DNA of 64,000 nucleotides from assembly GCA_963667255.1 (NCBI GenBank), contig OY762940.1:384001-448000 (forward strand). The letters are read 5' to 3'. The stretch comes from Candidatus Cloacimonadota bacterium (GTDB lineage: Bacteria; Cloacimonadota; Cloacimonadia; G963667145). Below the pieces are notes generated by a model. The model saw only the letters and a list, made by a program, of their open reading frames with translations. It made no database searches and had not been told where the DNA came from. Within the stretch, counting starts at the first letter, position 1; each line of letters begins with the position of its first letter. A program made the position numbers and the translations under genes. Shown here in pieces: positions 55,463 to 64,000 of this stretch.

Positions 55463-56512
55463 CTATTCCACTTCTTCTTGCTTTTGTGCTTGATCACATC
55501 CCCTGCTTTCATATCTAATAAACCACAGCATCACCAGCATACCCACCACAACAAAGAGAAGTGTGGTCAATAGTTGCCCGACATCCGACGGCAAAGCAAG
55601 CTTATTGGTCATCAAAGACTGGTTTTGCAAAAGCACGATACTTCCATCAACTTTGCTATAAATATCAGTTATCCTACAAGCCTTGAACGGCCATATCGCA
55701 TACAACGAACCGAGCATCAAGCCGATGAGAAAATACAAAGTCTGGTCTTTGAAGCGATTGAATAGGTAGTTAAGCACTCTCACGAAAAGCAAAATGCCGA
55801 AAATCACACCCAGACCAAAGGCAAACAAGAGCATAATGTCGTCAGGATTGAAGCGATTAAGCCGCGAAACCGCACCGATTATCTGCGAATATCGCCCAAA
55901 AAGCAAGAGAATAAACGAACCGCTCACACCCGGAAGCACCATCACACTGATAGCCAGCATCCCCACGAGGAACAGGGAAACATACTCCATTATCGCATGA
56001 GAACCGCCTGCATTGGCTCCATAAAGAAAAATTTGTTGCAAATTGGCACTTTTTTGCAAGATTTTGGAAGACGGATCAACCATAGCTGAAATAATCACCG
56101 TCACACACAAACCCAAAATTAACCAAAAAATGAACGAATTTCGCCTATTTTTTATCATTTTATAGGGCAAATATAGCGAAAATAGGATTAAACCGAAGAA
56201 AAACCCGTAAGTCGGCGAATAATGATTTGCCAAAAGATACTTCATCAATCTGCTCATCAAAAGCAAGGCAATCACATCTCCAACGACTATTTTACCCAAG
56301 AAAAGGTTGTCATCTGCGAACAACTCCCCGAAAAACTCCTTGAATTTCCCCTTAAACAACTTACCAAACAAACTTTTCACATATTGCACATTCCAGCCCG
56401 CCACAGCATGCAAAAGGCGGTGGTAAATCCCCAAAACAAGAGCAAAAGTCCCGCCAGAAACTCCCGGAATAATGTCGGCTATACCGATAATCGCACCAAA
56501 AATAAACTCCAT
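55463..56512 (-). CDS. DUF368 family membrane protein (putative undecaprenyl-phosphate translocase)
   Basis: GIADIIPGVSGGTFALVLGIY and second repeat MVLPGVSGSFILLLFG; FFFGLIL; GLMLGSL..IWPF. Start ATG 56512 (GGGAG) or 56548. Confidence 0.88.
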   Translation of the reverse strand: MEFIFGAIIGIADIIPGVSGGTFALVLGIYHRLLHAVAGWNVQYVKSLFGKLFKGKFKEFFGELFADDNLFLGKIVVGDVIALLLMSRLMKYLLANHYSPTYGFFFGLILFSLYLPYKMIKNRRNSFIFWLILGLCVTVIISAMVDPSSKILQKSANLQQIFLYGANAGGSHAIMEYVSLFLVGMLAISVMVLPGVSGSFILLLFGRYSQIIGAVSRLNRFNPDDIMLLFAFGLGVIFGILLFVRVLNYLFNRFKDQTLYFLIGLMLGSLYAIWPFKACRITDIYSKVDGSIVLLQNQSLMTNKLALPSDVGQLLTTLLFVVVGMLVMLWFIRYESRGCDQAQKQEEVE

Positions 56513-56576
56513 TTTTTCTATCTCCCTATAAATCAATCCATTATTCAATTGTTCCCCGAATAACCGACCAAGTTTT

Positions 56577-57563
56577 TTATATCAATTTTCTTTTTTTTTT
56601 TGCCAGTTTATCACAAATCTCTTTCACTTTCTGACTCTCGCCCTTCTTGCAAACCAAAATATTGTCGCTCTGAGCAATAATGATGCTGTCTTTCACACCA
56701 ACGAGACCCACGGTTTTCCCCTCGGCGATTACCAAATTATTATTGCTATCCACTTGGATACTCGCCGTAGAATCCACCACCTCAAAAAGCGAGTCGAAAC
56801 TCCCCAAATCGTTCCACTTTCCGATAAAAGGTACAACTTTAACCTTTTTAGAACGCTCCATCACGGCATAATCGATGCTATCCTTAGGAATATTGAGCAT
56901 ATCGTCCATATTTATCAAGCCGTCAGTGCTTTTTTCGTGAGCAATCTTCGCCATCTCGTAAATTTTGGGGGCATATTTCTTCAATTCCGCAAGATAAGCA
57001 CCCGCTTTGAAGCAAAACATCCCGCTATTCCACAGATAATTGCCCGAATCGAGATAACTCTCCGCTGTTTTCAAGTCAGGTTTCTCGCAAAAAGCCAAAA
57101 CATCATCACTTTTAGCACAAATGTAACCGTAACCGGTCTCAGCGTATGTCGGCAAAATCCCAAAAGTCACCAAATTCCCTTCTTCCGCCAAGCTCTCAGC
57201 TTCAAACAGAGATTTTCGATAATATTTGTCCGCAACAATCAAATGGTCGGCAGGACTAACCAAGAGAATCTCCTCCGAATCAACGGAAAAACAAGCCAAA
57301 GCAATAGCTGGAGCGGTATTTCGTCCTATAGGCTCTTGAATAAAATCGACTTGCGAATCCTCATCAATCTGCTTTTTCGCTAAATTTAAGTGTTTTTGCC
57401 CCAAAATTACCAAAAATCCATCACAAAAAGGCGAATTTCGCTCTAAAGTTAGCTGGAAAAGCGATTTTTTTTTGAATAATGGCAGAAATTGTTTTGGGTG
57501 TTCCGGCATACTTATAGGCCAAAGCCTCGTTCCCGAACCTCCGCAAATTACCAAATTTTTCAT
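56577..57563 (-). CDS. manC: Mannose-1-phosphate guanylyltransferase (no C-terminal isomerase domain)
   Basis: CGGSGTRLWP, PKQF, EPIGRNTAPA, PADH, ETGYGYI, EKP, WNSGMF, SIDYAVME and WNDLGS motifs. Confidence 0.92.
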   Translation of the reverse strand: MKNLVICGGSGTRLWPISMPEHPKQFLPLFKKKSLFQLTLERNSPFCDGFLVILGQKHLNLAKKQIDEDSQVDFIQEPIGRNTAPAIALACFSVDSEEILLVSPADHLIVADKYYRKSLFEAESLAEEGNLVTFGILPTYAETGYGYICAKSDDVLAFCEKPDLKTAESYLDSGNYLWNSGMFCFKAGAYLAELKKYAPKIYEMAKIAHEKSTDGLINMDDMLNIPKDSIDYAVMERSKKVKVVPFIGKWNDLGSFDSLFEVVDSTASIQVDSNNNLVIAEGKTVGLVGVKDSIIIAQSDNILVCKKGESQKVKEICDKLAKKKRKLI

Positions 57564-57612
57564 AAAATCTCCTAAATTTACTCAAATTTTGCTGAAAATT
57601 AGCAAATTTTTA

Positions 57613-59685
57613 TCAATATCCTCTTGTTTTTTCTATTATGGCTTCTTTTACTCTCTCCGGAACTAAGTCGTATTTCAAAAACTCCATACTCATCGAAGCC
57701 CTTCCCTTGGACAAATTACGCAACCTCGTTGTGTAGCCAAATAGCTCACTAACCGGCACTTCGCAAACAACCTGTTGCCTCGCATCCATATGCTTGATAT
57801 CGAGGACTTTACCTCGCTTGCCATTGAGGTCGGCAATGATATCTCCAACATACTCCTCTGGGGACAAGACCACAGCCTTGACAATAGGCTCAAGGAAAGT
57901 TGCCGTTGCCTCGGACAAAGCCCTGCTGACAGCAGTAGAGGTCACGATGGAAAAAGCCATTTCCGAAGATTCGCCCTCTTTGGTTTCCACATTCACAATC
58001 TCGATTTTCACATTCCGCACCGGCCAAGAAAAAATAGGTCCTGCCGCACAGCCACCCAAAGCACCTTCCTTGATAGCACGCATAAACTCTGGCAATAAGT
58101 CGCTCTTCTTTACTGGATTCTCATAAACATTCTTGCTCTTTTCTTCGTTATCAGGCATAGGGGAGAGACGCACCTTGACCTTCGCATAGTGCTTTTTGCC
58201 CTTAATCTCACGGTCAAACTCTTCCTCAAACTCAACTGAACTCAAAATCGTCTCTCTGTAAGCCACCTGAGGCGTTCCCACATTCGCATTAACACAAAAC
58301 TCATTTTTTAGACGATAAACCAACACTTCCAAGTGCAACTCGCCCATACCGGAAATCACAATTTGACCGGAATTTTTGTCCTCTTTCACGAAGAAAGTAG
58401 GGTCTTCATCCTCCAATCTCTTCAGAGAATCCATCAATTTGTCGTAATCGCCCTTAGTCTCAGGCTCTATCACCATAGAAATTACCGCCTCGGGAAAATT
58501 CATCTTGGGCAATTCAAAATCAACTCCTCTTCCTCCCAGCGTCTGTCCGGTTTTCACATCTTTCGGACCCACAAAAGTGGCAATATCTCCATACGAAATC
58601 TCGTTCAAATCTTGAGTCTTATTGGAATGCATCTGCAAAATCCGCATAACTCGCTCTTTCTTGCCTGTCTCTTGGTTTGTGAGAGTATCGCCCTTTTTTA
58701 TCGTCCCCGAGTAAACTCTGCCATACAACAGCTTACCCATATGCTTGTCACTCTGTATCTTGTATATCAACGCCAAGGGGACATTATCAGACGGAGAAAA
58801 AGATGAAAGCTTTCCATCCTTAATGATTTGGAAATCAGCCTTGTCAACGGGGGAGGGCAACAAGTCGCCAATCGCATCCATCAGAAGCCTAACTCCCATA
58901 TTTTTGAACGAAGAACCACAAAGAACAGGTGTAACCTTCAGCGAAATCGTCGCTTTCCGCAAAACAGGAACAATCTCCTCCGCCGTCAGCTCTTGCTCCT
59001 CCAAAACCTTTTCCATCAAAGAATCGTCGTATTCCGACAAAACATCCAACAGCAACTCGCGATACATATTGTATTCATCAAGAGCATCTTCGGGAATCTC
59101 TTTGGCAATCATTTTGCTTCCATATTCCTCTTGGTCAAAATAGTAAGCAACACCCCTCACAACATCCACAATAGCCTCAAAATCCGCTTCTTTCCCGATG
59201 GGAAACTGGATAGCCAAAGCCCCGGGAGACAATCGTTCTCTTATATCTTCCAAAGTCCGCTCAAAATCGGCACCCATTCTATCCATTTTGTTCACATAGG
59301 CTATCTTGGGGATGCTATATCTCTCTGACTGTGCCCAAACCGTTTCGCTCTGGGGCTCCACACCTCCGACACCACAAAAAACGCCAACAGCTCCATCCAA
59401 TACCCGTAGGCTTCTCTCCACCTCAGCAGTAAAATCAACATGCCCCGGAGTATCAATAATATTAATCTGTCGCTTCTTCCAGCTCAAAGATGTCACAGCC
59501 GAAGTTATAGTAATGCCTCTATCCTGCTCTTGGTCCATCCAATCCATCGTCGCATTTCCATCGTGCACCTCTCCCATACGATGAATCCGTCCGGAATAAA
59601 ACAAAATCCTCTCGGTAGTTGTAGTTTTGCCCGCATCGATGTGAGCCATAATTCCGATATTTCTGATATTTTCTCTACTCGCCAT
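57613..59685 (-). CDS. fusA: Elongation factor G, stand-alone divergent paralogue (EF-G2-like)
   Basis: AHIDAGKTTTTER, RGITITSA, DTPGHVDF, NKMD, GMGELHL and PQVAYRET motifs. Not next to rpsL/rpsG/tuf. Confidence 0.93.
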   Translation of the reverse strand: MASRENIRNIGIMAHIDAGKTTTTERILFYSGRIHRMGEVHDGNATMDWMDQEQDRGITITSAVTSLSWKKRQINIIDTPGHVDFTAEVERSLRVLDGAVGVFCGVGGVEPQSETVWAQSERYSIPKIAYVNKMDRMGADFERTLEDIRERLSPGALAIQFPIGKEADFEAIVDVVRGVAYYFDQEEYGSKMIAKEIPEDALDEYNMYRELLLDVLSEYDDSLMEKVLEEQELTAEEIVPVLRKATISLKVTPVLCGSSFKNMGVRLLMDAIGDLLPSPVDKADFQIIKDGKLSSFSPSDNVPLALIYKIQSDKHMGKLLYGRVYSGTIKKGDTLTNQETGKKERVMRILQMHSNKTQDLNEISYGDIATFVGPKDVKTGQTLGGRGVDFELPKMNFPEAVISMVIEPETKGDYDKLMDSLKRLEDEDPTFFVKEDKNSGQIVISGMGELHLEVLVYRLKNEFCVNANVGTPQVAYRETILSSVEFEEEFDREIKGKKHYAKVKVRLSPMPDNEEKSKNVYENPVKKSDLLPEFMRAIKEGALGGCAAGPIFSWPVRNVKIEIVNVETKEGESSEMAFSIVTSTAVSRALSEATATFLEPIVKAVVLSPEEYVGDIIADLNGKRGKVLDIKHMDARQQVVCEVPVSELFGYTTRLRNLSKGRASMSMEFLKYDLVPERVKEAIIEKTRGY

Positions 59686-60189
59686 AATAAACTCCTAAGA
59701 AAGCAAATTTTTGTCTCTCCACGATTTTTCAAGCAAAAAAAAGGTCAAACTCTTTTTGAGAAAGTAAAATTTTGATTTTCAACGAAAATTCTTCCCTGAT
59801 TTTTACAAAAATTACCCGATTTTAGCAAAATATCGCCAAATTAGCACAAAAAACAGCAAATTTTCCGTTTTTAGGGTCTATAGTCTCCCAATTTTAACAT
59901 CTTTTCTCCGAAATTTGATTTCTTCAAAAACCCATTATAATATTCGAGGAGAATTTAAAAGAAAACTAAAATTTTAATGTATTCAAATAATTTTGATGAA
60001 AATTTAGTCAATTCTTTAGAAATTTGCTAAAATTAAGTAAAAATAGCGAGAAAAGAAGAAAAACTCCCCTTAATCCAAAAGTTCCTCATAGAACAAAGGA
60101 GTTTAATAATAGAAATTCAGTAAGATAGGAAATTTTTTGGTTTTCCCTATTTTATAAATTTTTTTTCTAACTAATAGAAAAATAAAATA

Positions 60190-60798
60190 TTACAGGCTTT
60201 CTATAATTTCGACATCTTCAGGGAAAGAAAGATTGAAAATAGAATCGTCCAAAAAATTCTTAAACCTCAAATCAGAAAATTCGTAAGATACGGAATTTTC
60301 CTCAAAATCGCAATATTTCACCTTGTTTATTTTCCCGTTTTTGATTCCGATTTCCACTTTGGCAATATTCTCATTTTTGGCTATATCTGGTGAAAAACTG
60401 TAAAAAATCTCCTCTTTTTGAGTAAATTTGCGGAAATTCTTAGCATTTTTCACAAATTTGGAGACCATCACATTAGGCCAAAAAACCAAAGTCGGAGCGG
60501 AAACAATCTTTTGATTACTCTTTTCGATATAAACTATCGACTGCAAAGTGTCGGCGTAAATCAATTGTTTGTCCGGCTTTTCATAATCAATCAAAAGTCT
60601 CTTGTTATCAAAAAAAATCTTTCCGACATAAACTTCTCTGCTTTTGGCAAGACTGACGAAATTTGTCTGCTTAATCTCTGCTTGAAACGCTTTTATCTGC
60701 AAGAATCCATCGACAGCCTTTTGCAACTCGCTCGGTATCTCTTCAGCCCAAAGAAGCCCGAAACACAAAAAAATAAAAACCCAAACTTTATTAAACAT
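60190..60798 (-). CDS. lolA: Outer-membrane lipoprotein carrier protein LolA
   Basis: Signal peptide, FQAEIKQ, IDYEKPDKQLI and FNLSFPEDVEII motifs; canonical position directly after ftsK. Confidence 0.8.
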   Translation of the reverse strand: MFNKVWVFIFLCFGLLWAEEIPSELQKAVDGFLQIKAFQAEIKQTNFVSLAKSREVYVGKIFFDNKRLLIDYEKPDKQLIYADTLQSIVYIEKSNQKIVSAPTLVFWPNVMVSKFVKNAKNFRKFTQKEEIFYSFSPDIAKNENIAKVEIGIKNGKINKVKYCDFEENSVSYEFSDLRFKNFLDDSIFNLSFPEDVEIIESL

Positions 60799-63085
60799 AG
60801 CCCAAAATCCTCAACTCTTCTTCCGTCGCTCTCACTTCCCGCGGCTTGCTCCCCAGATGTGGTCCGATTATCCCCGCTTGCTCCAACAAATCGATTAATC
60901 TGCCCGCTCTGGCGTAACCTATTTTGAAATGCCTCTGCAGCATCGAAACCGAAGCCGTTTTGCTCTCAACGATAAACTTCGCTGCCTCCACAAATAGGTC
61001 ATCTTCCTGCTCAAAACCATTGCTTATAATGTCGGCTTCCTCGGTAAACAATTGCAAATTATCTTTCGGTTTCGGCTGAGTTTTCAGATACTCCACCACG
61101 CTCTCTATCTCCTCATCAGAGATATAAGCACCGTGAACCCTTATCACATCAGATTTCCCCGGAGCCAAAAACAACATATCGCCTCGTCCCAGCAATTTTT
61201 CCGCTCCATTAGCATCCAAGATAACGCGAGAATCTATTTTGGAGGAAACCCGAAAAGCTATTCGCGAAGGGAAATTCGCCTTAATGATACCGGTAATAAC
61301 TTGGGTTGACGGGCGTTGAGTCGCCAAAATCAGATGAAATCCCACAGCTCTACCCATCTGTGCCAAACGGGTAATCGGCTTTTCGATGTCCTTTCCTGCG
61401 GTCATTATCAAATCCGCAAATTCATCCACCACCAACACAATATACGGCAATTTCTTCACTCTCTCCGCTTCCGCCAGATGTCCCTGTTTCAGACCATCAA
61501 CTACTTTATTAAACGAAAACAAATCACGAACATTGTATTTTTGCAACAACATATACCGCTCATCCATCTCCTTCGCAGCCCAGTTCAAAGCTCCCAAACT
61601 ATCCTCAGGCAAAGTTATGATTTCGTGCAAAAGATGGGGGATATCCGCATAACCTGATAACTCAATTTTCTTTGGGTCTATCATTATCATCCGCATCTCG
61701 TCCGGCGTGAGATTAAACAGCAGAGAGTTTATTATCGTATTAATGCAAACACTTTTGCCCGAGCCGGTAGCACCAGCGATGAGCAAATGCGGTGTTTTGG
61801 ACAAATCGGTTACCACAGGATTTCCCACAATATCCACACCCAGAGCGATAGGCAAAAACATATTTTTTTTGTATCCCTCCAAAACTTTGCGGAGAGTAAT
61901 CGTCTCTATTTTCTCATTGGGAAGCTCTATGCCAATCTTGTCCTCGCCTGGAATAGGAGCTTGCACTCTTATGGAGAAGGCTCTCAACGCCAAAGAAAGG
62001 TCGTCTTGCAAAGAGATAAACCGACTAACCTTAACTCCGGGGGAGGGCTTCAACTCAAATTGCGTAATCACAGGTCCATAATTGACCCCGACAACCTTGG
62101 CTTCCACTCCGAACTCAGCCAATTTTTTCTCCAAAATAGAAGCAATTTTATCCGACCTGCTCTTCAATTTGGAGAGATTTTTCGCCGTTTCTACGGGAAC
62201 AGCTTTTAGAAAAACATCAACTCTCGGCAAAACAAATTTTTCAGTGCTGCTAACTTGTTGATTATGCTCTTTTTGTGAAGATGTTCCATGTGGAACAAAT
62301 TTTTCAGTATTTTTTGTATCAGACTTATTTTCCTTTATCTTATCATTCTTCGGTTCTTCTGGAAAAGCGAACTCTTCAAATACGCTTTCACTAACACCAT
62401 CAAACACAATTTCTCTCGTTTGCTCGGTAGTAAGTTCTTTTGGAGTTCTTTTAAAAATTCCCGAAAGAGTTTTTGGCGTATTTAACGGGTTTCCGAAACA
62501 GAATATCTTTTTAATCCAAACACAAATTTTTTCCGTTTCTTTGTATGTTTTGTTTATTCCTTTACCAATTGCTTCAAAAAAAGAGAAGATTTTGTTCAGT
62601 TCCAAAAACAAAACAAAGAAGAAACAAGAAACAAAAAAAGAGACGATTGCCGAACCGACTTTGCCAAGAACTTGCGAAAAGAAAGATAAATAGTTCTCAC
62701 CCAAAATTCCAACAGGGGAAGAGAAAGCATTCAGGTGAATGAGAAAAAAATAGAAGAAAGATGCAAACAGAAAAAAGCCGAAAAGTTTACTAACCCAAAG
62801 ACCTATTCGAACAGGCAAAAGCAAAATCAATCCCAAGAGAAAAAGAACGAAGCTGACCAAGTAAACAAAGTAGTTTCCAAAAATCAAATATCCCCAAAAA
62901 CTAATCACGAGACCAAAAACTCCTACGGGATTAGAAGTGACAACGCCAAACTTCTCACTGCCCTTTATGGAGGCAAAAGTCCGATAGTCAAAAAGCGTGT
63001 CCACATATCCGGCAGACAGAGCGATAAAAACAAGGGCGGAAAATAAAATAATTACTCCGCCCCAAAAAAATCTTCTTTTACTCAT
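60791..63085 (-). CDS. ftsK: DNA translocase FtsK/SpoIIIE
   Basis: N-terminal TM region, GPVITQFE, PHLLIAGATGSGKS, IDPK, VVDEFADL, ATQRPS, LLGRGDML and gamma domain SVSMLQR..IGYARAGRL. Confidence 0.96.
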   Translation of the reverse strand: MSKRRFFWGGVIILFSALVFIALSAGYVDTLFDYRTFASIKGSEKFGVVTSNPVGVFGLVISFWGYLIFGNYFVYLVSFVLFLLGLILLLPVRIGLWVSKLFGFFLFASFFYFFLIHLNAFSSPVGILGENYLSFFSQVLGKVGSAIVSFFVSCFFFVLFLELNKIFSFFEAIGKGINKTYKETEKICVWIKKIFCFGNPLNTPKTLSGIFKRTPKELTTEQTREIVFDGVSESVFEEFAFPEEPKNDKIKENKSDTKNTEKFVPHGTSSQKEHNQQVSSTEKFVLPRVDVFLKAVPVETAKNLSKLKSRSDKIASILEKKLAEFGVEAKVVGVNYGPVITQFELKPSPGVKVSRFISLQDDLSLALRAFSIRVQAPIPGEDKIGIELPNEKIETITLRKVLEGYKKNMFLPIALGVDIVGNPVVTDLSKTPHLLIAGATGSGKSVCINTIINSLLFNLTPDEMRMIMIDPKKIELSGYADIPHLLHEIITLPEDSLGALNWAAKEMDERYMLLQKYNVRDLFSFNKVVDGLKQGHLAEAERVKKLPYIVLVVDEFADLIMTAGKDIEKPITRLAQMGRAVGFHLILATQRPSTQVITGIIKANFPSRIAFRVSSKIDSRVILDANGAEKLLGRGDMLFLAPGKSDVIRVHGAYISDEEIESVVEYLKTQPKPKDNLQLFTEEADIISNGFEQEDDLFVEAAKFIVESKTASVSMLQRHFKIGYARAGRLIDLLEQAGIIGPHLGSKPREVRATEEELRILGYV

Positions 63086-63111
63086 TATAAACCAAACTCT
63101 CCTAACAGCTC

Positions 63112-64000
63112 TTAAACATTAAATCTAAAATTGATAATATCTCCATCCTTGACCACATACTCTTTTCCCTCCAGACGCAAAAGTCCTTTACTCTTGGCAA
63201 CAAACATAGAGCCACACTCCTTGAAATCGGTAAACGAAATGGTCTCGGCTCTAATAAACCCTCTCTGAATATCGGAATGAATTTTGCCCGCAGCCTCGGG
63301 AGCAAGAGTCCCGTTTTTGATAGTCCAAGCTCGCACTTCCTTTTCTCCAGCTGTAAGGAAGCTAATCAAATTCAGAAGCTTGTAACTGCTAAGCACAATT
63401 TTATCCAAACCAGACTTGTCCAAACCCATATCTTGCAAAAATTCCGCCTTGTCTTCCAGTTGAGCAATTTCGTTCTCTATCTCCGCAGAAATCATCACCA
63501 CTTGGTCATCGCCAACCTCTTTCTCCAAATCTCGCACAAATTCGTTACCGCTCAAAATATCCTCTTCTCCCACATTTGCCACATACAACACCGGTTTGTA
63601 GCTGAGAAGATTCAAATTTTTGACCTCTTCTCGCTCATCATCGGAAAAAGCAATCTCTCTTATCGATTTGCCCTCATCCAATTGTGCGGACAGCCTCTCC
63701 AGCAAATCCACTCTCTTGGCAATAGTTTTGTCCGCCTTCAGCTGCTTTTTCGCCTTCTCAATCTGCCTCTCCAAAAACTGTTGGTCGGCAATCATCAGTT
63801 CCAGATTAATCGTCTGCACATCTCCCACAGGGTCAACTTTCCCATTCACATGAATAATCTTGTCGTTCTCAAAACATCTGACCAAATGCACTATCGCCGC
63901 AACCTCTCGAATGTTCGCCAAAAATTTATTCCCAAGACCTTCTCCTTGAGAAGCACCTTTTACCAAACCTGCAATATCGTAAAACTCAATGGAAGTATAA
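63112..64000 (-). CDS. ychF: Redox-regulated ATPase YchF (5' end outside window)
   Basis: EFYDIAGLVKGASQGEGLGNKFL, HLVRCF, FLTAGEKEVRAW, AAGKIHSD and EGKEYVVKDGD..FRFNV. The frame is open to the window edge. Confidence 0.96.
   Translation of the reverse strand, partial: YTSIEFYDIAGLVKGASQGEGLGNKFLANIREVAAIVHLVRCFENDKIIHVNGKVDPVGDVQTINLELMIADQQFLERQIEKAKKQLKADKTIAKRVDLLERLSAQLDEGKSIREIAFSDDEREEVKNLNLLSYKPVLYVANVGEEDILSGNEFVRDLEKEVGDDQVVMISAEIENEIAQLEDKAEFLQDMGLDKSGLDKIVLSSYKLLNLISFLTAGEKEVRAWTIKNGTLAPEAAGKIHSDIQRGFIRAETISFTDFKECGSMFVAKSKGLLRLEGKEYVVKDGDIINFRFNV

Noticed and set aside
56591..56601. 11-nt homopolymer at the 3' end of manC as a phase-variation switch
   Set aside because: It lies in the last few codons, so slippage would alter only the tail. 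I found no isomerase domain downstream in another frame.
59686..60189. 500-bp AT-rich spacer between fusA and lolA with weak ~18-nt periodicity (59790-59850); considered as ncRNA, riboswitch or origin
   Set aside because: I found no stable hairpin, DnaA-box cluster or recognisable RNA motif; the repeats are too degenerate to support a call.
1..64000. tRNA, rRNA, IS transposase or integrase genes
   Set aside because: None was recognisable by eye; intergenic gaps are short and AT-rich.

Overview
Chromosomal window from an AT-rich, apparently anaerobic diderm bacterium (inferred from [FeFe]-hydrogenase maturases hydE/F/G, lolA and lipoproteins). The left 26.7 kb is one minus-strand reading frame that the ORF track misses because its stop codon lies outside the window. 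It encodes a giant lipoprotein of at least 8,900 aa: an N-terminal lipobox, roughly 75-80 diverged fibronectin-III-like repeats (estimated from length), then a GLUG-motif region running off the left edge. The protein is very rich in D-S/D-T dipeptides that resemble Bacteroidota-type O-glycosylation sequons, and its start is odd (ATA behind the RBS, plus a second signal peptide one T-slip away in another frame). The right 37 kb is mostly housekeeping and metabolic genes: aminotransferase, FadR regulator, hydEF, frameshifted xseA, ispD, a catalytically dead HtrA, orphan groES with a CIRCE-like site, a Mo/W ABC transporter, metG, marR plus three MATE pumps, a NYN RNase, rnhB, hydG, an EIIA-CBS fusion with an anion permease, TauE, DUF368, manC, a divergent EF-G, lolA, ftsK and partial ychF. 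Two low-GC insertions stand out: an AbiF/Abi_2 HEPN gene preceded by a structured RNA hairpin, and a pentapeptide-like membrane protein gene flanked by repeat remnants. All calls come from reading motifs by eye; no database searches were run.
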